Notes: generated from the letters alone by a model not told the origin. 64,000 bases of DNA from an uncultured delta proteobacterium (GCA_963816145.1 CAWFJP010000008.1:32720-96719), one strand, 5' to 3'; numbered from the stretch's first letter, positions 47,970-58,575 are shown. Translations and numbers: made by a program.

Positions 47970-49019
47970 ATGATCAAACTTGCACAGCTTATCTGGGTTT
48001 TGCTGGTTGTCGGCTTCGCCGCCAGCACGCAAGCCCAAGCGCCGTTCTACGAAGGCAAAAACATTCTCTTGGTCAGCGGCACCGACGCTGGCGGCGCCGG
48101 TGATTTGCGCACGCGAGCGATCCTCGCACCGCTGAAAAAACATATTCCCGGCCATCCCAACATCGTCGTGCAATACATGCCCGGCGCCGGCGGCCGAAGA
48201 GCAGCCAATCATTTATACAAGTCAATCAAACCGGACGGATTGACTATGGGCGCCATGATCACCGGCATGATCCAGGGCACGCTGTTCGGTGAGAGCGATG
48301 TGCTCTACGACATCGACAAGTTCATCTATCTCGGCTCCCACGCGCGCTACGCGCCCTACGGCTTCATCACCCGCAAAGGCGCCGGTTTCACGACCAAGGA
48401 AAAACTCAGCGCCGCCACCGGCGTGCGCATCGGCGCTCCCTCCGTCGGCCACAGCCTCTACACCATGGCGCGGCTGTTCGCTTACATGTTCGACATGAAA
48501 GAGCCGCGCTTCGTCACCGGTTACACGCCGCGGGAGATCGACTTCGCCTTGGAGCGCAACGAAATCGACGCCCGAGTGAGCATCCTGGACAGCTTGCTGA
48601 CGCGTAATGCCCATTGGCTCGACAAAGATCTGGTCGACATTAACGCCACCATGGACATACCCAAAGATATCAGTTACAGCCATCCGCGGCTGGCCAAACT
48701 GCTCGAGATTGAAGCCCTCGCTAGGTCTAATCAGGAACGCCGCTTGATCGCCCTATTCCGCGGCGCGCGCGGCACCGGCCAACCGTTTGTCTTCCCGCCC
48801 GCCACACCGCCCGATCGCGTCAAGATTTTACGAGACGCCATGCGCAATGCCTTCGCCGACCCCGATTACGTCAAGAGCTACGAGAAACTCACCGCCGAGC
48901 CGGCCATGCCGATCACCCCCGAAGAGTTCGAAAAACAGCTGCGCGAGATCCCCCGTGAACCGGAGATCATCGATCTATTCAAAAAGTTATCCGGCCCCGG
49001 GCCACTGCCGAAGCGCTAG
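47970..49019 (+). CDS. TctC/Bug family substrate-binding protein (dispersed paralog)
   Basis: AQAPFYEGK, HIPGHPNIVVQYMPG, KPDGLT; C-terminus like the 5' array members. Confidence 0.88.
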   Translation: MIKLAQLIWVLLVVGFAASTQAQAPFYEGKNILLVSGTDAGGAGDLRTRAILAPLKKHIPGHPNIVVQYMPGAGGRRAANHLYKSIKPDGLTMGAMITGMIQGTLFGESDVLYDIDKFIYLGSHARYAPYGFITRKGAGFTTKEKLSAATGVRIGAPSVGHSLYTMARLFAYMFDMKEPRFVTGYTPREIDFALERNEIDARVSILDSLLTRNAHWLDKDLVDINATMDIPKDISYSHPRLAKLLEIEALARSNQERRLIALFRGARGTGQPFVFPPATPPDRVKILRDAMRNAFADPDYVKSYEKLTAEPAMPITPEEFEKQLREIPREPEIIDLFKKLSGPGPLPKR

Positions 49020-49041
49020 TTGGTGCAATCTGTCTTCGCCC

Positions 49042-49357
49042 TTAGGAAATCCGCAACAGGATTATTCCTAGCACCACGAGAACAACGCCAGAGATCATCT
49101 TTGGCGTCATCTGCTCGGCGAACAGAAAATAACCGGCGATCACCGCGAGCAGCGCTTCAAGCCCCAGCACGACAACATAACTCGATCCCAATGGTTCCTG
49201 TTTCATCGCCCAGGCTTGCATCGAGGGCGCCGGCGCCGAAGACAACCACCAGCGCGAGCGCCGGCAACCAGCGCGTGAGACCGGCGGAATACTTCATGAA
49301 GACCCCGCCGACGACATACAGAGCCGCGGCAAGGGAATAGAGAGCCAGCGCCTTCAT
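49042..49357 (-). CDS. SMR/DMT small multidrug-type transporter with one extra base near 49222
   Basis: Two adjacent frames join into a ~105 aa 4-TM protein (MKYS.G.TR.LP ... LG.SY.VV.GLE ... F.E). Confidence 0.75.
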
Positions 49358-49413
49358 GTTAGTTTGCAGTGAAACGACGTACTAAGTTCGTCCGGTTGGA
49401 AAAGGTCGGCGGC

Positions 49414-51033
49414 TCAGGCGCCAATCAGCTTGAGTTTGTTCTTGGCGTTTTTGCCGATCTTGGTGCGCGGGAATTTTTCGGCGACATACTCCAACAAATC
49501 AACGCCCAGGCCGCGTTCTTGGCCGGTGCGCTCGGCCAGACTGAAGCCCAGCGCGAAAAGCTCTTCCGGCGTCAGGCTTTTTTCTTTGCGCAGAGTTTCA
49601 AACACCGGATAGGCGGAGCCGCGATAGAGGCCGGCCAAGAGTTCCACCGCCGGATGTTGGCGGTTGGTCGCCAACGTGTGCGCGTGCAGTTTCAACTGCG
49701 CCAGCGCCAAGCTGTAGCGATGCTCCGGTTTGAACTCGCTGAAGTCTTTGAGCGGCGTCAGGAATCCCACCGACTCTTTATATTTTTTGCTTTTGACCAG
49801 CTTGCTCCCTTGATCGGCCAGCCGGTCATAGACGAGCTCGACATCGGCGCTTTTGAGAACATGGAGGAACGCCGTCTGAATCCGCTCTTCGGCGGCGATC
49901 GCCTGCTGTAACCGTTTCCACAAGCCGTCCAGGGTATCTTGGCGCCACTTGCCCTCGAAGGACGGCAACAGCTCGGCGATGCTCCAGGCCTTGCTCGGAT
50001 CTTCACAGGTAGCGAGCTCTTTGAGCAAAACATTGCGCGCTTCGGGGATCTTGCGCAGCGAACTCGCCGCAACGTCGCGCTTGCGATAATCGGGATCGCC
50101 CAACTCTTCAACTAAAGTGCGGATGGTTGCCGGCGTGGCGACATCGCCCATTTTGCGCAAAGCGAACTTTTGCAAGTCGGAATGCGGGCTTTGCATCAGC
50201 TTGGCCAAGAGCGAGCGGGAATCGTCAGGCAACTCGTGAGCGTCAAGCAGATCGATGACCAGCCGCGTCACCTCGGAGTATTCGGCCTCTTCGAGTATCG
50301 GCAGCAGTTTGGCGTATTCGTCCTTGCGCAGCTCTTGCTCGCGCAGGCAGCGGAGCAACGCGACCAAAGCATGGGCGCGCACCGCCGGATGTTGATCGGC
50401 GCCGACGTATTTGAACAGCCAGCGCCGCGCCTGCGGCCTCCCGAGTTGGCCCAACAGCCGCATCGTCGACACCGCCGCCGGCCGTTGCTGTTTGACATCA
50501 AGCTTGGCGGCGAACGCCTCGACTTCGTCGTAGAACGCGTCGAGTTCTTTACTCTCCATCTCGCGCAACGCCGGCGTCATCAGGTCGCAAATGACTTTGT
50601 TGGTCTCATCGGTGCCGGCAATGAGCATCTGCAACAGTCCCTTGAGCGCCGCCTTGCCGCGCACCGCGGCGAGCACCCGCGCGGCGTTCATCTGCCAGAC
50701 CCGCGTGGCGTCCTTCGATCCCTGAATGAGCAATGACACCGCCCCCTGGCCGACGCCGGTGAGCGAACGCACGGCGCGTTCCTGCATCTCCTTGTCACCG
50801 TCATCGAGCATCTTAAGTAGCTGCACCGTATTATTTTTGGGCTGAACCTCTTCGAAATAGCGCAGTGCGTAATCCTTGAGCACGGGGTTGGGGCTGTCGA
50901 GCAGGGTGCCAACCAGTTTCGCCGTCGCCGCGTTGCTGATTTTCAACGCGCCCAACACGAGCAATGCCGCGCAGCGCTGCTCAACATTGCCCTTTTCCAC
51001 GAGAGTCAAAAGCTCCTGTAGCGTATTATCCAT
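49414..51033 (-). CDS. HEAT-repeat protein
   Basis: Repeated LL.D.D..(V)R..A...L helical units; GGAG RBS. Confidence 0.75.
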   Translation of the reverse strand: MDNTLQELLTLVEKGNVEQRCAALLVLGALKISNAATAKLVGTLLDSPNPVLKDYALRYFEEVQPKNNTVQLLKMLDDGDKEMQERAVRSLTGVGQGAVSLLIQGSKDATRVWQMNAARVLAAVRGKAALKGLLQMLIAGTDETNKVICDLMTPALREMESKELDAFYDEVEAFAAKLDVKQQRPAAVSTMRLLGQLGRPQARRWLFKYVGADQHPAVRAHALVALLRCLREQELRKDEYAKLLPILEEAEYSEVTRLVIDLLDAHELPDDSRSLLAKLMQSPHSDLQKFALRKMGDVATPATIRTLVEELGDPDYRKRDVAASSLRKIPEARNVLLKELATCEDPSKAWSIAELLPSFEGKWRQDTLDGLWKRLQQAIAAEERIQTAFLHVLKSADVELVYDRLADQGSKLVKSKKYKESVGFLTPLKDFSEFKPEHRYSLALAQLKLHAHTLATNRQHPAVELLAGLYRGSAYPVFETLRKEKSLTPEELFALGFSLAERTGQERGLGVDLLEYVAEKFPRTKIGKNAKNKLKLIGA

Positions 51034-51130
51034 TGACTCCTTACCAACGTGATCCAGGGGGAAAAGTCAAGGCAGGCGGCGACGCGGCAGCGGTTCAGTC
51101 TGAGACTGGCACAGGTCTTCATCATGAGAA

Positions 51131-51295
51131 AAATTTCTCACTTCGCTCGAAATGACAGCAAAATAGTCGCTTTGTCATCTCGAACGAAGTGAGAGATCTC
51201 GATCTAACTGAACCACCACAAGCAACGCGACTTTTTCAAATTAGAGGTTGCGGGTTTCGGGTGGAACTCGAAACTCGGAACCTGAAACTCAAAAC
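51131..51295. repeat. Family C doublet followed by a family E 7-nt-period repeat
   Basis: AAATTTCTCACTTCGCTCGAAATGACA..TGTCATCTCGAACGAAGTGAGAGATCT; GGTTTCGGG..AACTCGAAACTCGGAACCTGAAACTCAAAAC. Confidence 0.7.
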
Positions 51296-51362
51296 CGCGT
51301 CAGCGCGCAGCTTGACTCCCAACTGGATTGCCGGTACGAACGGCGAAGTCTAAGGAGATAAA

Positions 51363-52520
51363 ATGTTCTATCCAGATCTCACCCGGTTCGGCGTCGATAT
51401 GGAGCGTTTGAAGCGCGACCGCTTAAGCCGATTGCAAGGCGAAATGAAACAGCAAGGCCACGGCGCGCTCTTGCTGACGGATTTTTTGAATATCCGCTAC
51501 GCGACTAATACCGTCATGATGTTGGGCCTGCGCGCCACCGGCATTCAGCGCTTCGCCTTGATTCCCGTCGAGGGTGAACCGATCATCTGCCAACGCGAGC
51601 TGGCGCGCCGCAGCGACTACCGCAACCTGCGTTTCGACGCTTACATGTTCGCCATGCGCCCGCCGGTCGCGACCCAGGACTTCGTCGATCAGGCGATCGC
51701 CGGCTTGAAACAGCTGGGCGTTGCCGGCGAGCGCGTCGGCGTCGATTATTTGAACTTGACGGCCGTCGACGGATTAAAGGCCAAAGGGATCAAACTCGTC
51801 GACGGCTGCCAAGCCGTGCATCAGGCGCGCGCCGTCAAGACTACGGATGAACTGCAACTGATCCGTTGGACCACCAAAGCCAAGGCCAAGGGTTATGATC
51901 TCGTACGCGCCCAACTGCGCCAGGCCGATCCTCCGGAAGATCAGTTGAGCCGCATCATGCTCGACTATTTAATGGATTGTGGCTTCGAAGCCGGCAGCGA
52001 ATTTATTTCGATCTACGATTCGTCGACCATGGACTCACGGCCGCACAACGAACCGATGGGCGCCGATCTCGTGGTCAAAGAAGGCGATCTGGTGATCTGC
52101 GATGCCACCGTTGCCGGCCCCGGCGGCTATTACAGCGACTTCGCTCGCACCTTCAGCCGCGGCACGCCGACGGCAGAAACGAAACAGCGCTACAAGGAAG
52201 CCTATCGTTCGCTCCAGGAAGCGATCCAATTTGTCCGTCCCGGCTCCTGCGCCGAAGCGTTCAAATCCTTCGGCAAAGGCGCGAGCGCGCGCCTGCCCGG
52301 CTTCGACGGCTTTCACGGTGTCGGTTTGTGTATTTATGAATCGCCCTGGCTGCGTGGCGGCGATCCGGAAAAGTACATGATCTCGCTGGAAGAAAACATG
52401 ATCGTCGCCTGCGAAATCAACCACTATCCGGTCAAACTCGAACATCTGCTAAGGGTGACCAAAGACGGCCCGGAGATCCTGTCCGAATATCCAGTCGACC
52501 CGGAGTTAGTTCCTGCCTAG
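51363..52520 (+). CDS. M24 family (Xaa-Pro peptidase/creatinase-like) protein
   Basis: NIRYAT, ARAVKT.DE, GDLV..D...GYYSD..RT, HGVGL...E.P, KLEH. Confidence 0.85.
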   Translation: MFYPDLTRFGVDMERLKRDRLSRLQGEMKQQGHGALLLTDFLNIRYATNTVMMLGLRATGIQRFALIPVEGEPIICQRELARRSDYRNLRFDAYMFAMRPPVATQDFVDQAIAGLKQLGVAGERVGVDYLNLTAVDGLKAKGIKLVDGCQAVHQARAVKTTDELQLIRWTTKAKAKGYDLVRAQLRQADPPEDQLSRIMLDYLMDCGFEAGSEFISIYDSSTMDSRPHNEPMGADLVVKEGDLVICDATVAGPGGYYSDFARTFSRGTPTAETKQRYKEAYRSLQEAIQFVRPGSCAEAFKSFGKGASARLPGFDGFHGVGLCIYESPWLRGGDPEKYMISLEENMIVACEINHYPVKLEHLLRVTKDGPEILSEYPVDPELVPA

Positions 52521-52527
52521 GAAGAAT

Positions 52528-52630
52528 TTAACCACAAAGCGCACAAAGGTCACAAAGTAAAAGGGCGCAGCATGCTGCGCCCCTACTAATTCGAATTTCA
52601 TTTTGTGCCCTTTGCGCTTTTTGCGGTTAA
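52528..52630. repeat. Family B variant (CACAAAG periodic) with a nested REP-like hairpin
   Basis: TTAACCACAAAG..CACAAAG ... CTTTGCGCTTTTTGCGGTTAA enclosing GGGCGCAGCATGCTGCGCCCCTAC. Confidence 0.7.
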
Positions 52631-52692
52631 TACTCGGATTCCGTGTCTTACCCTTTTGTAACCGTTGTGCTCTTTGTGTTTAAATTTTCCGA

Positions 52693-53532
52693 TCACTCGA
52701 AAAATGCCAGCGTGCGCATCTCGATGCTCTCGCGCGCCGGCGCGTTGGGCGGGCTATTGGGATCATCGAAGGCGGCGTGGGCGGACCAGCGCGCCCGGCC
52801 GTCTTTCATCGAGTCATAGCATTTGAAGACGATCGCTTCATCGGTCTGCATGTTGGGAAAGTAGAACCAGCGATGACCGGCGTTGTAACTGAGATGATAG
52901 ATCTCGCCGACGCGGTCGGGATAGCGCCGCTCGGTGCCGATCAAATCTTTGGCCGCAATACTCTGCGAATCGGCGATCGCCAGCGGCGCGGAAACCACCG
53001 GGTTGCGCACCGGCCGCCAAACTTGAATCACACTGAACCGCTTTCGGAGCAGCGCCTCCGCTTCGTCCTTCGGCAATAAATCGCGCACCCGCTGGGGGCC
53101 GGACCATTCAGTGTAGTCGTTGTGCACGCTACGCACCGGCCGGCTGGCAAATTTTTCCTCGCGCACCGCGTCATTCTCCGCGCGCAACGTATGATCGAAA
53201 ACCAAAACCCGCGTCGCTCCGGTTGACTGTTTCACCAACTGCTCGATCTCCGGATAGTAAACCCGCTTCACTTCCGCGTCGTCATAGAAATCTTTCATCT
53301 TGGTTTCATGCCGCACCAAGAGGAAACCTTCTTTGTCCAGCGAGAATCCGCTCACAAGCCGGCCGTTACGGATCGTCACCGAATGCGCCTGGTAGTTTCC
53401 GGTATTGCTGGTAACCCGTTTCTCCCCCGGCAAGTTCGACTGTGTCACCGGTTTCTCACCGCCCGGGATGATGTAATTCAACGTCGACTGCACCGACTCG
53501 ATTTGGTTCTTCTGTGCACTGACTTCCAACAT
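52693..53532 (-). CDS. CmcJ/NvfI/AsaB-like oxidoreductase
   Basis: FSLDKEGF, YYPE.E.LVK..TGA.RV.VFDH..R, VHNDYT, VWRP, PLA..D, H.AF, RESIE.R. Confidence 0.85.
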   Translation of the reverse strand: MLEVSAQKNQIESVQSTLNYIIPGGEKPVTQSNLPGEKRVTSNTGNYQAHSVTIRNGRLVSGFSLDKEGFLLVRHETKMKDFYDDAEVKRVYYPEIEQLVKQSTGATRVLVFDHTLRAENDAVREEKFASRPVRSVHNDYTEWSGPQRVRDLLPKDEAEALLRKRFSVIQVWRPVRNPVVSAPLAIADSQSIAAKDLIGTERRYPDRVGEIYHLSYNAGHRWFYFPNMQTDEAIVFKCYDSMKDGRARWSAHAAFDDPNSPPNAPARESIEMRTLAFFE

Positions 53533-53567
53533 ATCATCCTCCATTAGGATCTCTGAGCTCTGACGAC

Positions 53568-53600
53568 TTGAACGTTTTGAACTAATTGAACGGCTTGAAC
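53568..53600. repeat. Solo arm of family A element
   Basis: TTGAACGTTTTGAACTAATTGAACGGCTTGAAC. Confidence 0.7.
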
Positions 53601-53612
53601 GAGTCCACCTGA

Positions 53613-54671
53613 TCACGATTTCTTTCCGATCTCGCGCAGCGCCTTCTGCCACTTGGTCGCTTCTCGATCGTACTGGTCCGTGTTCATGCCCGCCTCGGGA
53701 TACCAGCGCTTGAAACCAAAGTCTTTCGACGGGCTGCCAAACTGCAGGTCTTCGAGAATTTTTTGTCCTTCGGGACTCAAGATAAAATCCGCCAACAGCA
53801 CCGCCCCATGCGGATGCGGCGCCTGATAGACGATCGACGTGCCGCCGGCGTTGGTCGGCACTGCTTCCATTGCGACCCAGTCGATCGGCGCGCCTTTGAG
53901 CTTTGACTCCATGGCATGATCGCGAAAGATCGATGGCGAGATCGGCACCTCGCCGGATATCGCCATGTCGGCCATCGCCCGCCCCGACACCGAGTGCAGA
54001 CTGATATCTTGCGTTTTCAGCTTGTCGGCGAACGCTTCCCCTTTGAACTTGAGAATCGCGCCCATCATGCGCACGCCAGTGTCGCTGGTGGTCATGCCGA
54101 TCTTGCCCTTGAGCTGCGGATTCAGCAGTCCGTCGAAGTTTTTCGGCACGGCACGCGCAGTAATCATATTAGGGTTATAACCGACGCCGATGAAGCTCTC
54201 GCGATTGACACCCCAGTAGTAAAGACCGTTGCCGGCTTTCTCCTTGGCTTGAACCGGATATTTTTGCAGGTGCGGCGAAGTGTAGACCGCCAGAAGCCCA
54301 TCTTCGCGCAGGCTCTTGAGCAGCGGCAACGTCGTTTCAATCGTGTCGACCAAATACTGGCGCGCCTTCGCCTCCGAGCTGATACGCGCCATCAGATCGT
54401 TGCTCGTCGCCCGGTAGACATCGACTTTGACGCCGTATTTTTTCTCGAAACCCTGGGCCAGCTCCTTATAGGAACTGCCGGCCAGCGAAGTATACCAATT
54501 GACTTTGCCCTCCGCCTTGGCGCCAGCAATGAGAATCTTATCCCGATCCGCCCCCGTGTAGGTCGCCAATTCCGATAGCGTAACAGGCTTTCTTCCCTGA
54601 GCGAGAATAATCGCCGGCAGGCCCGCAATTGACAGAAGTGCAAAAACCAATTGTCGTAACCGAACTATCAC
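53613..54671 (-). CDS. Extracellular solute-binding protein
   Basis: GAKAEGKV.WYTS, APHPH.A.L..DFILS.EGQ. Confidence 0.85.
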   Translation of the reverse strand: MIVRLRQLVFALLSIAGLPAIILAQGRKPVTLSELATYTGADRDKILIAGAKAEGKVNWYTSLAGSSYKELAQGFEKKYGVKVDVYRATSNDLMARISSEAKARQYLVDTIETTLPLLKSLREDGLLAVYTSPHLQKYPVQAKEKAGNGLYYWGVNRESFIGVGYNPNMITARAVPKNFDGLLNPQLKGKIGMTTSDTGVRMMGAILKFKGEAFADKLKTQDISLHSVSGRAMADMAISGEVPISPSIFRDHAMESKLKGAPIDWVAMEAVPTNAGGTSIVYQAPHPHGAVLLADFILSPEGQKILEDLQFGSPSKDFGFKRWYPEAGMNTDQYDREATKWQKALREIGKKS

Positions 54672-54746
54672 CCATCCTCCAAGTTTCCCAAGCCCGAACT
54701 TATTTTGCGCTCTTTGCGTTTTTTGCGGCCAATCATCCGACTCCTT

Positions 54747-56987
54747 TCAGCGCTTTTCCTTTAACGCCTGATAAATTCGGTCCGGTTTCACCGGCAAGTC
54801 AAACAGTCGCACTCCCACGGCATCCGCGATGGCGTTGGCGATCGCCGCCGGCGGCGCGTTGTTGGCGAACTCGCCGATCGGTTTAGCGTTGTGCGGGCCG
54901 ACGCCACCGCCGGAGGGAACCAAGACGGTTTTCAACTCGAATAGATCGGCAATCGACGGCAATTTGTAGTCACCCAAATTGCTGTTGGTCACCTTGCCTT
55001 GATCGATGACGATCTCTTCCATCAGCCCCTGCCCGACGCCCATCACCGTAGCGCCGTCGATTTGCCCCTGATGCGTCAGCGGGTTGATGATCGTACCGAC
55101 GTCATGAGCGGTGACGACGCGGTGGAGCTTCACCGCACCGGTCTCGGGATCGACTTCGACCTCGGCGATCTGCGCGCAGATATACGAAACTTCTTCCGGA
55201 TAGCGGTAGTCTTCATAGACGTAAGCACGCAGAGGCTCGCTCGCCTGGGCGATCACCCGGCGCAGCGGCACCTGCTGGCCGCGGTCCTGGCGCAGTGAAA
55301 ACCGCTCGCCGTCGAAATCGATTTCTTCCTTGCGGCACTCCAGAATGCGCGCCGCCTCCGTGAGCAGCTTCTCGTGCAACTGATCGCAAGCGGTCATCAT
55401 CGCGTTGCCGGCGACATAGGTCATGCGGCTTGCGCGCATGCCGCCATCACGCGGCGCCGTGTCGGTGTCGCCAATCACCACCCGCACGCGCTCGATGGCA
55501 ACTTTCATCCGATCGGCGACCAACTGGCGCAAGATCGTATGTGTCCCCGAGCCTTGATCGATGCTCGGGCTGACAATGACGTAGTTTCCGTCCGGCTCGG
55601 CGGAGAGAATTACGCCGGTGTCGCCGCCGCTGATATGCCGGCCCGAGAGCGCGATGCCCCGTCCATGATTGGCTTTTTTGGGCTTGTGCCAACCGGCGGC
55701 GTCGAGCGCGCCCTGCAAGACCTCGCGAAAGTGCACGTCTTTCAGTTCATGCCCCACCGCATCCGCCTCGCCCTCACTGAGAAAATTTTTCAAGCGGAAC
55801 TCGGCGGCGTCCATGCCCAGTTCTTTGGCGACGATATCGGTGTGGCAATCGACGGCGAAGGCGGTCGCCACCGCGCCCGGACTGCGGTAGTAACCGCCGG
55901 GCACGGTGTTGGTATAGATCTGCATGAACTCGATGTCAGCATGCTCGATGCGATACTGGCCGCCGGCGTAATGCCAAGTCGCCAGCGATGTATTCGACTT
56001 CACCGCACCGTAGCCGCCGCTGGCGTGGGCGGCGCGCATCTTGCGTGCGACGATGCGACCGTCGCGCATGACGCCGCTCTTGATCGAAATCACCGTCGGA
56101 TGAGCCGGATTGCTGGCGGACAACTCCTCGGCGTAGGTCATGATAAACTTCACCGGCCGGCCGCTCTTCTGCGCGAGAAAATAGAGAATCGGCAAATTGA
56201 CACCGTCGCCCTTGCCGCCGAACTCGCCGCCGACGTTGACCACGTTCATGCGAATCTTTTCTTCGGCGATGCGTAAGCTTTTGGCCAATTGGCTGCGCAC
56301 GGTGAAAGGATTTTTCACCGACGACCAGACTTGAATCCGGCCGTCGCCTTCGATCGCCAAACTCGCCGCATAGGGCTCGAGATATCCCTGATGGCGCGCC
56401 GGTACATGAAAGGTATGTTCAAAGACCAAATCGGCAGCGCGAAACCCTTGCTCGACATCGCCCTTCTTCCACGACAGGCGGGTCAGACCGTTGTGCAAAT
56501 CGGCGGCAAGTATCTCCTTCGGTGCGCCATCGTACGACGTAACGTCCTCGTGCAACAACGGCGCGCCGGGCAGCATAGCCTCCAGCGGATCGAACACCGC
56601 CGGTAAAAGCTCGTACTCGACGTCGATCAGTTGAATCGCTTCCTCCGCGGCATCCACCGTCTCCGCCGCCACGGCGGCGACCCGGTCGCCGATGAAACGC
56701 ACCTTGTCCCAGCATAGCACCGGCAGATCGCGAATCTGTTTGCCGACATAAAGCCCGCGCACATCCGCGCCGGTGATAATCGCCTTCACACCGGGTACCG
56801 TCTCAGCTTTGCTGGTATCGACGCGAACGATCCGCGCATGTGGATGTGGACTGCGCAAAATCTTCGCCCAAAGCAGCCCGGGCAGCTTCACATCCGCGGC
56901 ATATATCGTTTGGCCGCTGACCTTATCCCCCGCCTCGGCTCTCGGCACCGCAGCGCCAACCGCTTTGAATTCAGCCATGATCTTCAT
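54747..56987 (-). CDS. Xanthine dehydrogenase family molybdopterin-binding subunit (CoxL-like)
   Basis: LRSPHPHARI, GGEFGGKG, YRSPG, DQGSG..T, HDVG..INP....GQI.G, AK.IGE. Confidence 0.92.
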   Translation of the reverse strand: MKIMAEFKAVGAAVPRAEAGDKVSGQTIYAADVKLPGLLWAKILRSPHPHARIVRVDTSKAETVPGVKAIITGADVRGLYVGKQIRDLPVLCWDKVRFIGDRVAAVAAETVDAAEEAIQLIDVEYELLPAVFDPLEAMLPGAPLLHEDVTSYDGAPKEILAADLHNGLTRLSWKKGDVEQGFRAADLVFEHTFHVPARHQGYLEPYAASLAIEGDGRIQVWSSVKNPFTVRSQLAKSLRIAEEKIRMNVVNVGGEFGGKGDGVNLPILYFLAQKSGRPVKFIMTYAEELSASNPAHPTVISIKSGVMRDGRIVARKMRAAHASGGYGAVKSNTSLATWHYAGGQYRIEHADIEFMQIYTNTVPGGYYRSPGAVATAFAVDCHTDIVAKELGMDAAEFRLKNFLSEGEADAVGHELKDVHFREVLQGALDAAGWHKPKKANHGRGIALSGRHISGGDTGVILSAEPDGNYVIVSPSIDQGSGTHTILRQLVADRMKVAIERVRVVIGDTDTAPRDGGMRASRMTYVAGNAMMTACDQLHEKLLTEAARILECRKEEIDFDGERFSLRQDRGQQVPLRRVIAQASEPLRAYVYEDYRYPEEVSYICAQIAEVEVDPETGAVKLHRVVTAHDVGTIINPLTHQGQIDGATVMGVGQGLMEEIVIDQGKVTNSNLGDYKLPSIADLFELKTVLVPSGGGVGPHNAKPIGEFANNAPPAAIANAIADAVGVRLFDLPVKPDRIYQALKEKR

Positions 56988-57156
56988 ATCCTTTGTCGGT
57001 TTTGACTCTGACGCTAGAAAGTTAAGAAACCTTCCGCGTAATTAGTACGGCGGAGCACCCAAGGTCAAGGTGATGCGGTAACAAATGAAGCAGGAATCAT
57101 TCGCGACGGTGTGAAATGGCCTCTTAATAGTGGCTCGAATTGATTCGGATAATTTT

Positions 57157-57310
57157 CTCGCAAAGGCGCCAAGTCGCAAAGTTCCGAAACTATTTTCTAC
57201 CTCTGCGTCTTTGCCTCTTCGCGGGAAATATTCCCTATGCTCTTTTGCGCCCTTTGCGGCTAATTTTCTAACTCCGAAACTTTGTGACCTTTGTGCTCTT
57301 TGTGGTGAAA
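57157..57310. repeat. Composite family B repeats
   Basis: CGCAAAGGCGCCAAGTCGCAAAG ... CTTTGTGACCTTTGTGCTCTTTGTGGTGAAA. Confidence 0.65.
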
Positions 57311-57317
57311 TCTCCTA

Positions 57318-58424
57318 TCACAGCCCGTACAGCGCCTTGGCATTGTCGCTGAGGATTTTCTGTTTCACTTCCGGTGAGATATCCGTGCGCTGTTTGAAGA
57401 TTTTGATTGCATCGACATCGCTCGACGTATCCATGTGGCCGTAGTCGGTGCCGATGACGAGGCAGTCTTCGCCGCCGTTCTCGACCAGATACGGCAGATC
57501 GTCGGAGTTTTCACAGGTGACGAACATGCCGTACTCGCGGGCGATATTCGCCGACCACGGCCGGTCTAAAGTTTTAAAACGGTTCTTGGCTTCATGGAGC
57601 ACCCATGGCAGCCACTGCGCGCTGGCTTCGATGAAGCCCCAGCGCAGCTTGGGAAACTGCTGATGCACATCGCTCAAGATCACGTCGCTAAAAGAGGCCA
57701 CCGTCGGCACGCGGAAGCGATGCAATCCCGCCGCCTGGGACACCGGGTGCCGATACAAATCGTTCAGCCAAGCGTTGCCATTGGCGATATGCACGGCAAT
57801 CGGAATGTCGAGGCTTTGGGCCAAATCGTAGATCGGATAGAAGTAGGGATCGGCGAGCAAACGGCTGCCTTCGATGGGCCGCATCAAGACCGCGCAGGCG
57901 CCATGTTCCTTCGACCAGCGGATTTGGTTCAATGCGTCGGGCATGCTCAAGATCGGCGGCATGCACGACCACAAGAGACGCCCCTTGCCATGTTCCCAGA
58001 TGTCGGCGAGCCAGCGATTCCAGCTCTTGCACAGCGCCACTTCCACGCCGACGCGCTCGGTCACCGCTTCGATAAACATGGTGTTGTGCAGCACTTCGAC
58101 GTCGACGCCGGTCTCATCCATATGCTCGAGTCGCATGGCGACATTCCCCATCTCGCGCGATGCATCCATATCGGCGAATTTTCGTCCGGCCTGCTTGGCA
58201 CGTTGTTCCAGGGCTTCGGGCGTGAAAGCCGGAAAGCGCAAACCGCGGACTTTGCCATCGACGAGCCAAAACTGTTGCTTGACGCCGCCTTTCTCAGCGG
58301 TCTGCAACGGTGTCGGCCGGTACTGCCGCTCCGACGGGTCCATGAACTCCCAAGTCCGCTCGCACTCGACAACATGCGCATCCGCATCGATCACTATCGC
58401 CTGTCCATTGGTCGTCATGGTCAA
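57318..58424 (-). CDS. Amidohydrolase_2 family protein
   Basis: IDADAHVVE, NRWLAD, DPYFYP.Y, FPKLR.GF.E, GTDYGH. Confidence 0.9.
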   Translation of the reverse strand: MTMTTNGQAIVIDADAHVVECERTWEFMDPSERQYRPTPLQTAEKGGVKQQFWLVDGKVRGLRFPAFTPEALEQRAKQAGRKFADMDASREMGNVAMRLEHMDETGVDVEVLHNTMFIEAVTERVGVEVALCKSWNRWLADIWEHGKGRLLWSCMPPILSMPDALNQIRWSKEHGACAVLMRPIEGSRLLADPYFYPIYDLAQSLDIPIAVHIANGNAWLNDLYRHPVSQAAGLHRFRVPTVASFSDVILSDVHQQFPKLRWGFIEASAQWLPWVLHEAKNRFKTLDRPWSANIAREYGMFVTCENSDDLPYLVENGGEDCLVIGTDYGHMDTSSDVDAIKIFKQRTDISPEVKQKILSDNAKALYGL

Positions 58425-58499
58425 TTCTCCTCTTCGGGCCGAGCGTATTTGAAGGCACGGCGTCCTGTCAATATTGAGGAATGCGCAACATTGGTTTTG

Positions 58500-58575
58500 A
58501 CCACGAAGGCACGAAGGACACGAAGGTTTCGAGAACTGTGGGCTCCGGCCTTCGTGATCTTCGTGCCTTCGTGGT
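58500..58575. repeat. Family B inverted repeat
   Basis: ACCACGAAGGCACGAAGGACACGAAG ... CTTCGTGATCTTCGTGCCTTCGTGGT. Confidence 0.85.
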
